Of a DNA stretch of 64,000 nt, positions 43,281 to 53,902 are shown in pieces. The notes under the pieces are model-generated. The model ran no database searches and was not told the DNA's origin. It worked only from the letters and a program-made list of their open reading frames with translations. The translations under genes were made by a program, and so were the position numbers. The DNA lies in IMG/VR virus record IMGVR_UViG_3300027985_000918, positions 186,001 through 250,000 of that record; one strand, written 5' to 3'. Every line of letters begins with the position of its first letter. Position 1 is the stretch's first letter.

Positions 43281-44125
43281 TAGAACATCACCCCAAAATG
43301 GGACAGGTATATCCTGTCGTTCCCGTCGTTGCGAAAGGCCAGCATAATCTTGGTGGCCTTCTGGCAGAAGGCCACCGGCTCCAATAGACCCACCGGGCAC
43401 CATGTGGCCCCGTTGTCGACGGAGAGATAGACCGTGAGGTCCGTGGGCTCCTGATCCACCTCGTACACGTACTTGACGGCGGGTTCGTTGTTCCCCGCCT
43501 CGGCGCCGTAGTCAGCAGCAATGTCGTGGGTTGTCTCGAATCCGTAGATTTTCCAGTACACCATGAACTGATCTGCCCCCACCTCGTTGCCATCACAGTC
43601 GAGGGTGTAGGGGCCGATGTCCAGCTCTTCGGTGATGATCAGACCAGGGCGCTCGGGGGTCACCGCCTTGTTCGAGGGCAGGATGGCCGTCATGTTGGGA
43701 GCGTTGCCCTGGTTGGGGTCGATGGGCTGCCGCCCATACTGGAACCGAGGGCCGTACAGCACCGGAGGATCCAGGTCTCGGTCCACGAACACCCTCTCCT
43801 GGGGGTCAATTCGCAGGTCGTACAGGTTGTCCGCTGTAAGCAGGGGGTTGAAATAGATGTGATCGTACTGGGGGAACGAAGCCAGTAGATGGGCGAACCC
43901 AATACTGGTCACGTCTCCGCCGTCCACAGCCCCCACCCCGTTCAACACGTATGTGGTCCCGTTCTCGATATACACGTCCCGACCCAGGGGGATGGGGATG
44001 AGGTACTTCCCGTTGATGGGGATGCCCGTAAGCTCCAGCCCCAGGTCATCTGGGGTCTTCTCGGCCTGGATGATCTGGGGGTCCCCCGTGACGAGGTGGG
44101 AGGTCAGATCGACATGGATTCTCAT
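43280..44125 (-). CDS. Virion structural protein (281 aa)
   Basis: Beta-rich ORF inside the structural cluster. Confidence 0.7.
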   Translation of the reverse strand: MRIHVDLTSHLVTGDPQIIQAEKTPDDLGLELTGIPINGKYLIPIPLGRDVYIENGTTYVLNGVGAVDGGDVTSIGFAHLLASFPQYDHIYFNPLLTADNLYDLRIDPQERVFVDRDLDPPVLYGPRFQYGRQPIDPNQGNAPNMTAILPSNKAVTPERPGLIITEELDIGPYTLDCDGNEVGADQFMVYWKIYGFETTHDIAADYGAEAGNNEPAVKYVYEVDQEPTDLTVYLSVDNGATWCPVGLLEPVAFCQKATKIMLAFRNDGNDRIYLSHFGVMF

Positions 44126-44141
44126 GGACTCTCACCACCCC

Positions 44142-47100
44142 TTAGATGTTGTTGTCCTTCAAACCACCAGCAGAAGCTGGCATGGCACCGCCGAAGAACG
44201 GTGTACCCGAAGCACCTCCGTTGGCAACTCGGTTGGCCACAAAGATCCCGGCAGCCGGGTCCGGATCGGGGCCTCCTCCTCCGACGGTGTCCTCAACGAT
44301 CAGACCGATGCGGTTCCCCACAATGACGTACCCAGGCTTGTTGACTGCAAGGTCACCTGCCATCTGGTTCCCCGTGATAGTGGGATTGAGACCCGTGCAT
44401 ACCAGATGAGACCCCACCACATTTCCCGAGATGGTGCAGCCGCCTCCACTTACGGTCAACGTGGCGACCACTCGATTCCCTTCGACTGCAGACCCATCCG
44501 TAGCCACAAGCATACTGTAGTTCGCTCGGTTGTTAGCGACTACAGTATCCACCCCAGCGTTGATATTGACATAATCGAGGTGGTTTCCATCCACGATCAC
44601 TCGGTTCCCTGTGGAGTTGAGAGCTACATCACCTCTGTTCCCCGCAATCACCATGTCATCCCCGGTGGCGTTCACCGTGTCTCCAAGCACGTTCCCCACG
44701 AAACTCGTATCCGCCCCCGTGAGAGATGTGATACCCCCGATGATATTTCCGTTGACCACATTGAGGCTGCCAGTACCACTAAATGTGAGAGCCCCCCCTC
44801 CCCCCATGTAGTTGTTCGAGAAGGTCGTGGACCCCGCCGTCACCAAAGCGGCGCCGGCGACGAAATGATTGCCCACGATGAACGTATTGCTTTTCGACGT
44901 GGTGTCCAGGCAGGTTCCAGTCCCCGCACCACTGTCATCACCCCCAACGTAGTTGCCGACGAACATCCCCGACGTACCCAAAGAGACCTTAGTCTTGTTG
45001 GCCACGTTATCGAGATAGTTCCCGACGCACTGGCATCGCTGCCCTGTCAACGTCAGCCCCGTCGCCCCCCTAATCAGATTCCCGGCCACTAGGGTCTCAT
45101 CCCGTCCCGTAGCATCCACGTCTCCAATGATGGCATTGTCTCGGAGGGACACCCGAAGGGACGACAACACACTGACGCTACCATCCACGAAATTATCGGA
45201 AACCGTCGTCTCGTTAGACGTGTAGGGAGCGACATCTCCGATGATCAGAGTACCGTCCAAGAAATTGCCATTGACAACGCAAGCGTCGGAGTTGCCCTGA
45301 GCACCCACATGGAGGCCACCTGAAGACGTGTTCCCATCGATCACGCTCTCGTGCCCTGTCACCTCCATGCTGTAGGTTGAGCCCGAAACGACACCTTCTA
45401 CGTAGTTCCCGAGGACCCGGAGCTTAGAGCCTCTGAGGGACATGCCGACTTGGCAGACGTTTCCTTCAAAGTGGCTGTAGGAAGCGGTGCTGGTCGTAGA
45501 CGACAGGACGCATCCTCCCCGGAACGAATTGCCCACCACGTTAGCGTAGTCCGAGTCATCGAAATCCACCTCGATGGCGCTTAGGAACGCATTCCCCGTG
45601 AAGGTCATGTGATCAGACCGGAACGAGAAGTCCGCAGTGGTTAGGATCGTGTTCCCCGCAATCGTCACCCACTCCGTTAGAGACGGAGTGTAGATCGGGG
45701 GATTGCCCCCCGAATTGATCACGTTGTTCGAGATCTTCATGTTGCTGGCGAGCTGGAGCCCCGCCGAGATGAAGTTCCCCTCATAAACGGCGTAGCCCCC
45801 CGAGCCGTGGTACGGGCCGCTGTAGCCAAGGAAATTGTTCGCCACCACCGTGACTGACGTAGAAGACGAAGACACGGGATGCACGATGCTTCCGCACATG
45901 TTCCCCGTGAACATAGCCCCCGCCGCCGGCCAGGCGTCTCCCGCAATGATGTTGCCCTTGATCAGGGAGTAGTCACCCGTGGCCGCCGTCCCCAGCTCCC
46001 CGTCCACAACATTGTCTGTGACTCGGGAGTTGGCCCCAAACACCAGGTTGTAATCGCAGAAATTCTCGGAGATCACCAACTCCGTGGCCCCTGTCCCGTC
46101 GATACTGCGATCTCCCACAGCAGGGGTGGACAATGTAATGCTGTTCCCCCGGATGATGTGGGCGTTGGTAGGGCCGCTGGTGATACCAATCCCGGTCTTT
46201 TTTCCGAAAGCGATAGGTACCCCGGTGTGTACATCCACCAGGTGGTTATCCAAAATAGAGGCCCGATATGCGCCTGCCCCAAACACCCAGATTCCAGCCT
46301 CGACAGTCTTCTCGATCAGGTTGGCCTGGATGACATCTTCCGTACCCCCCGTCACGATTCCGAATTGGGGGTTATCAGCGATTTTGTTGCCAACGATCTT
46401 GTTGTCCCGGCACACCGAACCGCTCGAACCATCCTCGGGGATCCAAATTCCGCCACAATTCGTAACGGTGGTGACTTTGCCGGACAGAGAGAACAGGTTA
46501 TGCTCAACCAGACACTCCGAAAACTGCTCACCCCCACCGGAATGTTCAATCATGACGCCGTAGTCCGTTACCTCAGCGTCACAGTTTCGGATGATGCACC
46601 TCTGGAGGCCGGTACTTCCCGCCACCACGTTTCCGTAGATAAATCCGTGGGCGTCTCCGCTGACTGAGTTGAATGTCACATTCTCCCACACCCACTCAGT
46701 AACGTAGTCCTGGATGTGGAACAGATTACGCTCTTCTGGGACCGTACTCACCCCCAGGGATCCCGAGTCGTAAATGAACACCAAGTTGCGGAAATGGTAT
46801 CGTTTACCCGAGTTGGGGCCGGACTGGAACAGAGAGGCATTCGTCCCAGACCATGTGATGGTGTTATAGAGATAGCTTCCTGGTCCCGTCCTAGTGGCAG
46901 CTCCCTCGATGATGAGGCCATCCACCTCAGGAAGAGTGTAAGGGAGCTTGGATTTGTCCTCCACCGTCCCAGCGATCACCCGGATGATGTACTGCTGCCC
47001 GTCCCGGCTCCCTGCCGCCATGATCTGGTTCACGTACTCAATGGCTTCGATAAGGGTCGAGAAGTGGGTACTGGAAGGCTGAGGGTGACCGGCGACGTTG

Positions 47101-50051
47101 CCGACTGTGATAACCTGCCGTTTGTCCAAGTCCAACAGCGGGCGCCGTAGATCGTAGTCAACGGACACGACCCCCAACCCATCCACGGACACCCGAGCCA
47201 ACAGGATGTCGTCCGGATCCGGGAGAGGAAGGGTTGTGGTCGTTGCAGGATGACAACCACATAGATCCACTGTGCTGTCGAGGTAGACGTAGCCGTCGAA
47301 ACCGTTGGGGAGAGTCGTGCTATCCCCGAAGTTCGTGCTGCCGAACTCGATGCGTCGGCCCTTCATGAGCACGGTTCCCGAGCTGATTGTGACCTCGTTA
47401 GCCAACCCAGAAGACAGGGAGGCTCCGTCGAGAACCCACGACGAGAACAGATCAGAGAACAGCTCCGTGTGCTGATCGACTCGGGGATCTTTCACATTGA
47501 CGTTGACGGAGCCGTCTGCCAGACGGCGAACCTCAGCCCCCTCAAACCTCATGGCGGAGGCCCGAGCGGCGTACCCCATCGTCATATCCTGACGGTAGTC
47601 CGTGCCGTGATCCCCGTCGTAGGTGTTCGGAGTCTGGATGTCCCTCCGCCACACCGCCGAGGCCGGAGTCGCCGTGTCTACGGTGTACCCGCCGTGTCCA
47701 ATCTGCCCCGAGCCCGAAATGTTCAGCAGAACCGTGACGTACTGGTTGCCGCTAATGTTTCGGCTCTCGAAGCCCTCGTACCGGAAGGTCGAGACCTCAT
47801 TGCCATCGGCATCCACGAACACGGGCATCCCGTTGGGGCCACGCCCCTGGACCAAAGTGACCCATCCCGACATGGGGATGTCCCACCCCTCAGCCACATG
47901 CTCCAGAATAATCTCGAACCGAGATGGGTCTGCAGTCGCCGTCCCCTGCTCCGTCAATGTCTGGGGGTACAGGGGGTAGGATTTCTTCTCCCCATACACG
48001 TCTGCTGAGCCCGCCCCAAGAGTGCAGTCGGCATCCACGGGCTCTCCCGTCACCCGGGGGTTGACCCCGAACTGACCGGGTTCCTTCGAGAACGGCACGA
48101 AGCTGGCGAAAAAGAAGGGCTCTCCCCGGGCGTTGTCCGTCTCAGGGTTGTCCAGAGTCAGATCCGGAAACAATCCCGAACCGAGAGCCGGAGTGTGAGA
48201 CAGGTACACCAGTCCCGCAGAGTAGTCGATGCGAATCCACTGGTCCTCATCCACTGCGGGATCGAGAACAATTTCACCCCTGGTGTCAATGGGGTTGTTG
48301 AAGTCAGGAATCCAAGTAACGGGAGATCCGGGGTTCTTCGTGGCGGGGAAAAACACGGGGCGGAACCCCAGATCCAAAAGACTGCCGGGATCGGCGTTGG
48401 AGCCATCGCTCCCGTCCAGCGACGAGCTGGTATCGAAGATGGCCTTGTCCGCCCGAGACAGGTTTGTCCCCGGGAATCCCCCCTCCCAGCTCTTTGCCGA
48501 CATCCCTGCCCAGGCCGGGTCGATGATGTTTGTCAAGCGAGCGGTGTTCAGAATCTCGGGATGTAGATAGCTCCTCTGCCACAGGTTCTCGATGGTCTCG
48601 TGGATGGAGCAATCTACGTAAGCCCGCTGCTCCGCAGCGGGATTAACCTTCGACAGGCTTTCAAAAAAGGTATCCGCTGCCGCCGGCCAATGGAGGAATC
48701 CCGCTTCCATGTCCCAAGAGGCCGTGGAGAGGACCACCCAGAACTCAGAGCCTGGGGTGGAGACGTTTACGTTCAGGACCAGGAAATCACCTAGGAGGCG
48801 GTCCACTCCCGGATCTTCCCGCTGCCCCCCGATCCCCGAGGCATCCCACTGGACCATGTCGATAGCAGGGTCCACCTGCTTGATGCGGAGAATTTTCCCG
48901 ATATCCTCAACCGATGGGATTCTCTGGTTGGGCACTGCCCATACCACAAACCTGCCTAGATCGGAAGCTACACCCGCCCTGATAGCGTCCGGTAGGGATG
49001 CCCTGAAGTGATCTTTCGAGTAGGGGACCGGAATAGGGATCTCCCTCTGATAGTCGTTCGGGTTGCCGGCTTCCTCGGAGAAAAAGTGAGCAGCACTCAG
49101 ACGATTCCCCAGAGTGTACTCCGTAGCCATTGGCCAGAAGTCCCCAATCAGGGTCGTCTTGGGCGGGAGGAAGGCGTACACCTTTCGGTTGGCCCCTGGG
49201 ACAGGAATGAGTCGGGCGGCATAGGGCCGGATCAGGGCGATGGCCCGAATCACAGGAGTGGCAGGGATCTCAAAATGATCCCGGATCCGCTTCTTGCTGT
49301 CGAGGGTGAACGAGTCGGCACTCATGTCCACCACCCGATAGATCTCGTACTTCGATGTCGTGTACTTCGGTACGACAGCCTGCCGCCCAGAGCTGATCTT
49401 TCCGTCTCCCACACCACCTGCAACGGCCACCGATGCCTGAGTAACCAGCTCCCCCGCACTGCCGGTCTCCAGGACCACCATGTACAACCCCTCGAACGGC
49501 AGGGCCGTAAGCCCGTAGATTTCCTCGATGGTGCTGTACGTTGGTGCCGCCGGGGTGGCGGCCGTGTGGGAGAACGCCAACGTGTCGATGGTCAGGACAT
49601 CGTTCGCTGGCCCCTCCGTCAGGCTCCACTGAAAGTCCAGATTGGAAGGGAGACTGATATTCTGTCCCTTGAGGGTGGGGCCGACGAACTGGAACGAGAC
49701 TGGGTGGCCAAGAAGAGACGGACCGTTCCTGCCCCTCATCAACGTATTTACGTCGTAGGGTCGGAAATTGATCTCCGGATCCCCGTCATGGCCAAGGCGG
49801 TTCCTCTTGATCTGGACACCCGCCGCACTTCCTACCCCGGGCTGCCCTACTCGGGACCCCAGGGACTCCAGAGCCCACTGACCTGCCCACGAACCCACGA
49901 AGTTCTTGAGGATTTCGGGGGCCTGCGAGGCCTTGGACGCTGGAACGGTCTGGTAGCGCTCGAAGGGTTCCTGCCACGCCCTACGGTTGTCGGACGTGGC
50001 TGCAACCGATACGTTAGCCTTAACCAGATTGTCCTTGGGATCGATTGCCAT
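44142..50051 (-). CDS. Tail fibre/tailspike with very long C-terminal parallel beta-helix, 1969 aa
   Basis: STLIEAIEYV..IRVIAGT cap, then roughly 850 aa of repeating xxGNxx/xxNNxx coils to the C-terminus. Confidence 0.8.
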   Translation of the reverse strand: MAIDPKDNLVKANVSVAATSDNRRAWQEPFERYQTVPASKASQAPEILKNFVGSWAGQWALESLGSRVGQPGVGSAAGVQIKRNRLGHDGDPEINFRPYDVNTLMRGRNGPSLLGHPVSFQFVGPTLKGQNISLPSNLDFQWSLTEGPANDVLTIDTLAFSHTAATPAAPTYSTIEEIYGLTALPFEGLYMVVLETGSAGELVTQASVAVAGGVGDGKISSGRQAVVPKYTTSKYEIYRVVDMSADSFTLDSKKRIRDHFEIPATPVIRAIALIRPYAARLIPVPGANRKVYAFLPPKTTLIGDFWPMATEYTLGNRLSAAHFFSEEAGNPNDYQREIPIPVPYSKDHFRASLPDAIRAGVASDLGRFVVWAVPNQRIPSVEDIGKILRIKQVDPAIDMVQWDASGIGGQREDPGVDRLLGDFLVLNVNVSTPGSEFWVVLSTASWDMEAGFLHWPAAADTFFESLSKVNPAAEQRAYVDCSIHETIENLWQRSYLHPEILNTARLTNIIDPAWAGMSAKSWEGGFPGTNLSRADKAIFDTSSSLDGSDGSNADPGSLLDLGFRPVFFPATKNPGSPVTWIPDFNNPIDTRGEIVLDPAVDEDQWIRIDYSAGLVYLSHTPALGSGLFPDLTLDNPETDNARGEPFFFASFVPFSKEPGQFGVNPRVTGEPVDADCTLGAGSADVYGEKKSYPLYPQTLTEQGTATADPSRFEIILEHVAEGWDIPMSGWVTLVQGRGPNGMPVFVDADGNEVSTFRYEGFESRNISGNQYVTVLLNISGSGQIGHGGYTVDTATPASAVWRRDIQTPNTYDGDHGTDYRQDMTMGYAARASAMRFEGAEVRRLADGSVNVNVKDPRVDQHTELFSDLFSSWVLDGASLSSGLANEVTISSGTVLMKGRRIEFGSTNFGDSTTLPNGFDGYVYLDSTVDLCGCHPATTTTLPLPDPDDILLARVSVDGLGVVSVDYDLRRPLLDLDKRQVITVGNVAGHPQPSSTHFSTLIEAIEYVNQIMAAGSRDGQQYIIRVIAGTVEDKSKLPYTLPEVDGLIIEGAATRTGPGSYLYNTITWSGTNASLFQSGPNSGKRYHFRNLVFIYDSGSLGVSTVPEERNLFHIQDYVTEWVWENVTFNSVSGDAHGFIYGNVVAGSTGLQRCIIRNCDAEVTDYGVMIEHSGGGEQFSECLVEHNLFSLSGKVTTVTNCGGIWIPEDGSSGSVCRDNKIVGNKIADNPQFGIVTGGTEDVIQANLIEKTVEAGIWVFGAGAYRASILDNHLVDVHTGVPIAFGKKTGIGITSGPTNAHIIRGNSITLSTPAVGDRSIDGTGATELVISENFCDYNLVFGANSRVTDNVVDGELGTAATGDYSLIKGNIIAGDAWPAAGAMFTGNMCGSIVHPVSSSSTSVTVVANNFLGYSGPYHGSGGYAVYEGNFISAGLQLASNMKISNNVINSGGNPPIYTPSLTEWVTIAGNTILTTADFSFRSDHMTFTGNAFLSAIEVDFDDSDYANVVGNSFRGGCVLSSTTSTASYSHFEGNVCQVGMSLRGSKLRVLGNYVEGVVSGSTYSMEVTGHESVIDGNTSSGGLHVGAQGNSDACVVNGNFLDGTLIIGDVAPYTSNETTVSDNFVDGSVSVLSSLRVSLRDNAIIGDVDATGRDETLVAGNLIRGATGLTLTGQRCQCVGNYLDNVANKTKVSLGTSGMFVGNYVGGDDSGAGTGTCLDTTSKSNTFIVGNHFVAGAALVTAGSTTFSNNYMGGGGALTFSGTGSLNVVNGNIIGGITSLTGADTSFVGNVLGDTVNATGDDMVIAGNRGDVALNSTGNRVIVDGNHLDYVNINAGVDTVVANNRANYSMLVATDGSAVEGNRVVATLTVSGGGCTISGNVVGSHLVCTGLNPTITGNQMAGDLAVNKPGYVIVGNRIGLIVEDTVGGGGPDPDPAAGIFVANRVANGGASGTPFFGGAMPASAGGLKDNNI

Positions 50052-50107
50052 GTCTCAGCTTTCTCCGTTCGGCCTCAGTTCCACATCTCTATAGGCCGCC
50101 CACCGGC

Positions 50108-53100
50108 TTAAAGGGCCTCAGACAGACGGCGCACCCGCATGGTGACCAGCCCCCGCCTTCTGGCGATGGATGTCCCCACGTCTGCCGCCCCGATGAACTG
50201 CGTACCATCGTGCTCGCTCTCTAGGTCGTAATCCGCAGCCCCGGCTCGCATGGTCACCTTCACCAAAACCGGAACCTCACCCAGAGGGGACAACCCGTCC
50301 TGGTATGGCCCTCCAGTCTCGGAGATGTTTTTGAACAGGTTCACTGCCGGTCCGACGTTACACTTGACCTGGCAGGATACCATACCCGATGCGTCGTCGT
50401 AGTCGTCGAATGTGTCCGTGTCCATGACCTTGCAGCCAGCCCCATCGAGGGCAGCATCCTGCTTGGAAGGGCCGGAGCCGTCAACTCGGCCCAGGTCCAT
50501 CCAGGTCGTGAGGCCCGGAACCTTGAGGAAAATCGCCAAACCATCGTCCTCCTGGCGACCCGGGCCCGGTGCCACGTATTGGAAATCTTCCAGCTTGACG
50601 CCGATGAGCTGGACCACCACAAACGGCTGGCCCGCAGCCTCTTCTATACTCAGGCTCTTCGACCATGCCACGTCGAACGCCCGAACGTAGTTCAGGACAG
50701 CATTCGTGATCGGGAGACCAGTGTACGAGGGCTGGTCCCCCGTGAAGTCTGTGCCGCCAGAAACGCTCCCAATAGGCCGGAGCGTGGGGTCATTGAAGTC
50801 CTCCTTGGGGTACATCAACAGCCCTGTCGAAGGAATACGGGCGTTAGCATTGTCGGACAGGGGGATGTTCAGGTCGGGCAGCCCCGACACCTGGAGCCCC
50901 GATCCAGCAGCACCTGAGACCAAAGCCGTCTCATGGTGTCCGCTCTGCAGCCAGGAGCAATCGTCCCAGAACGTAGAGGCAATTCCGGCACGGACCGGGA
51001 ACTCGATGGGCCCCCCCAACCAACCCTGCATCCCAGGGCCATTGAGGCAATCTGCGGCAGCGGCAGAGCCATACAAGGTCAGGATGTCCCCCGTGTTGTC
51101 GAACTCCGACACACAGCGATAGGTCTCGTCGAGGAAACGGTCCTCTACATCCTTCTCGTAGCGGAACAGGTTGGGCCAGCCCGGAGAGGGGAATGGACCT
51201 CCCGTGCCTGCCTGGACGAAGTTGCCGAACTGCCCGACCTGGTTGAACTCGTCAAACCTGGTCGTGTGCAGCATGTAGGAATCTCCGCTAACAGAAGGGA
51301 TCAGCTCCCCGTGGCCGTCCGCCCCCGTGTAGGGGAGGGCAGAGCTGGATGCCGCCACATGACCTCGGGGTCTCCGGAAGATGGCCCGAATACGGGCATC
51401 CTTAGTGAAGGCCGGCACGTCGGCATCGCCTTCCAGCTCCAAGTTCCCCCCCACCAGGCTGAAGCTCAGGGGATCCGTCCTCGCAGGGCCGTTCGTGTTC
51501 GAGAAGTACCCGCTGCCATTCGACCCCAGGTACATAAAAGGGACCTCGATGCGGTGGCGGCGGAAATTCCGCAGCACCCCAACCCCTACTCCGGGAACAC
51601 CCGTGGGGACTGTGATGGACAGCCCCGTGCCGTTGCTGGGATGATCCCCGTATCCGAAAGCACTGAGGTCCAGGAACATGGGATTCGGGCTGGACATCAA
51701 AGCTGGGGCGTTGACCCCATCGGTCAGATAGTCCGAGTCCATCCGGTAGCTGGCGTCCCAGAACCCATGAGGAGCATCGGAGTCGATGTTGATGGTGTTG
51801 ATCTGGAAGCTGGTGGCCCCAGTGATGAGGTCCCTCGGGATGAGATAGGCCACCCCCGAGATAAACACCACATTCTCCGCCACACCAAGGGCGTTGCCGA
51901 TGGTGAAATCGCACTCCGTGGTGAAACTCGGCAAGGACACCACCTGAGCGGGGTCCAGGAACAGGGATGCACGCAGGAAATGATACGGATCAGCACCGTA
52001 GCCGTAGTCGGGGGCCGGTCCGTTAGGAGCCTTGACTGTGGTCAATGTCTCCTGGTTGACCTGGTTGGAGGGGTCCTCCAGATCCGTTGACGTGATCAGG
52101 CTGAGTCCGTAGATCTCGTATCCCGAGGTAACGTCCCACGGCATGATGCCATCACGGACGAACGCCTCAAAGTCCCTCTCCCTCTTGAAGTGGATCAGCC
52201 AGTACGTGCCCACATCTTCGGGGTCCCCGTCGGCCTGCGTCGAAGGGAACATGAACATGTGGCGGTAGCGGGCCACCTGCCAGGGCCAGAAATCCTCCTG
52301 GAAGGGGTTCTGGTAGTAGCCCGCCGTCTCCAGAGTGGAGACGAGGGACCCGTCCGGATACGTGTTGGACATCGGGGTAAGGGGGTTGAAATACCGGAAC
52401 TTCTCCCGGGTGGCCGTTGGGTTGTTCCCCGACGGAGTCCACCTCAAACCCTCAACACTGTAGTCCTTCAGGTAGGGGAGGCGATACGCCAAGAATCCGG
52501 GCTCTTCCCCAATTCCCGTGGCGAGAACCGAGTTCCCCAGCACGATGGCCTGGCCTGCCGTCCCCTCCCAGCTCGCCGCCGGGATCGGGTTGTAAGCGTT
52601 GGACGTAGCTCCCAGGATTGGGATGCCCCACGGCAACACCGGGAAGGGGTATGTGCTGTTGCTGTCAGACTGCTCGTCCGTCCCCAGGCGAACCTGGCCC
52701 GCCCCAGGGATGTGGGAGTTGGCGAACCGCTGACCGTTCCCGAGGCCCGTGTAGTCGTCGAACGGCTCCTTGAGGGCCTGACCGTCGAGGGACGAGATCC
52801 CAAGGTGGATCTCGTCCAAGTTATACTGGCCTGTGGCCTGACCCGGGAACGAGAAGGGATCGTAATGGCCATCATCGTCCGTCCCTACGGCGAAGATACC
52901 ACCGGGCTCCCCGTCGCAGACGTGGTCCTGGCAACCCCCATCCGTGAAGCACGCATCACCAAGGATCCCCTGACCCAGCAGAACAGCCGCTACCACCCGG
53001 TCAAGGGGGTCTTGGGACATGAAGTCGGAAACATCGGCGGGGGCGGTGCTGGCACCCGCCGGCCAGTGGATGAGGGCCAGAACCCCCCGGTCTGCAGGGA

Positions 53101-53902
53101 AAAACGCCCCTGACACCACGACTTCCTGACGGAGGGGCAAACCAGCTCCCGGGCCGACGAGAGCCAGGGACACTGAACGGTCACCGATACGAAGGGTCTC
53201 CGTCACCGGGTTATCGGCCACGGCGAGCCCCCGAGTGAACCCTCCGGCAAACACTTGTCCATTGCCCGCCCCCGTGAGGGAAGCCCCGGAGTTCCACACC
53301 CAGTCCGTGGCAGGATCCTGTCCCGGAACCGGGACGAACCAAGCGTTGCTGGTAACCGTGAGCGTACTGTTCCACTCGGGGTCGGCTTCGTCCAAAGTGG
53401 GAGTCGGGGGTTCCCAGAAGTACGGGAAGACCTCATCCCCGGCGTTCGTCCCGGTGCCAGTAATCAGGCCACGCTCTCCCAGTTCAGAATCCCAGAGCTT
53501 GGCCCACCCCCAGTCGGGAATGGCCGTGAAATTGGTCCAACCCAACCACTCGCCAAGGTACGGTGGGCGGGGGGGTACAGCTCCCGTCAGCTCGTCCAGG
53601 GCTGCCTCGACGTTCTTGGAGAACAGAGGGGTGCTCGGATAGCCGTCCACCGAGATGGCCGAAGCGGGGTGGGCTTTGTTTGGAGTGTTGACGTGGCCGA
53701 GCAGGGCGGCCTCGGACTGATCCCGGATGTAATCCGGGAGGTCCCTAGTTGCCCCGAGGGGATCGATCCAGCCTGCCCCACCCACCAGCGTTGTGGGGCC
53801 GCTCAGTCCACCTCCCGTCAGGACCACCTTGTTAGTCGATGTGGCCGGAGTCCTTTTACCTGGACCAGTCCTGATCTCTCCGGGGCTTTTCGTTACAGGC
53901 AT
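50108..53902 (-). CDS. Virion structural protein (1264 aa)
   Basis: Fibre-like GHVNTPNKAHPASAISV..NVEAALDEL motif near the N-terminus; located in the structural cluster. Confidence 0.7.
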   Translation of the reverse strand: MPVTKSPGEIRTGPGKRTPATSTNKVVLTGGGLSGPTTLVGGAGWIDPLGATRDLPDYIRDQSEAALLGHVNTPNKAHPASAISVDGYPSTPLFSKNVEAALDELTGAVPPRPPYLGEWLGWTNFTAIPDWGWAKLWDSELGERGLITGTGTNAGDEVFPYFWEPPTPTLDEADPEWNSTLTVTSNAWFVPVPGQDPATDWVWNSGASLTGAGNGQVFAGGFTRGLAVADNPVTETLRIGDRSVSLALVGPGAGLPLRQEVVVSGAFFPADRGVLALIHWPAGASTAPADVSDFMSQDPLDRVVAAVLLGQGILGDACFTDGGCQDHVCDGEPGGIFAVGTDDDGHYDPFSFPGQATGQYNLDEIHLGISSLDGQALKEPFDDYTGLGNGQRFANSHIPGAGQVRLGTDEQSDSNSTYPFPVLPWGIPILGATSNAYNPIPAASWEGTAGQAIVLGNSVLATGIGEEPGFLAYRLPYLKDYSVEGLRWTPSGNNPTATREKFRYFNPLTPMSNTYPDGSLVSTLETAGYYQNPFQEDFWPWQVARYRHMFMFPSTQADGDPEDVGTYWLIHFKRERDFEAFVRDGIMPWDVTSGYEIYGLSLITSTDLEDPSNQVNQETLTTVKAPNGPAPDYGYGADPYHFLRASLFLDPAQVVSLPSFTTECDFTIGNALGVAENVVFISGVAYLIPRDLITGATSFQINTINIDSDAPHGFWDASYRMDSDYLTDGVNAPALMSSPNPMFLDLSAFGYGDHPSNGTGLSITVPTGVPGVGVGVLRNFRRHRIEVPFMYLGSNGSGYFSNTNGPARTDPLSFSLVGGNLELEGDADVPAFTKDARIRAIFRRPRGHVAASSSALPYTGADGHGELIPSVSGDSYMLHTTRFDEFNQVGQFGNFVQAGTGGPFPSPGWPNLFRYEKDVEDRFLDETYRCVSEFDNTGDILTLYGSAAAADCLNGPGMQGWLGGPIEFPVRAGIASTFWDDCSWLQSGHHETALVSGAAGSGLQVSGLPDLNIPLSDNANARIPSTGLLMYPKEDFNDPTLRPIGSVSGGTDFTGDQPSYTGLPITNAVLNYVRAFDVAWSKSLSIEEAAGQPFVVVQLIGVKLEDFQYVAPGPGRQEDDGLAIFLKVPGLTTWMDLGRVDGSGPSKQDAALDGAGCKVMDTDTFDDYDDASGMVSCQVKCNVGPAVNLFKNISETGGPYQDGLSPLGEVPVLVKVTMRAGAADYDLESEHDGTQFIGAADVGTSIARRRGLVTMRVRRLSEAL

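Noticed and set aside
49845-49854. Third exact copy of CCGAGTAGGG
   Set aside because: It lies inside coding sequence (Ser-Arg-Val-Gly) with no GGTAAC partner. It shows that the half-site alone can occur by chance.
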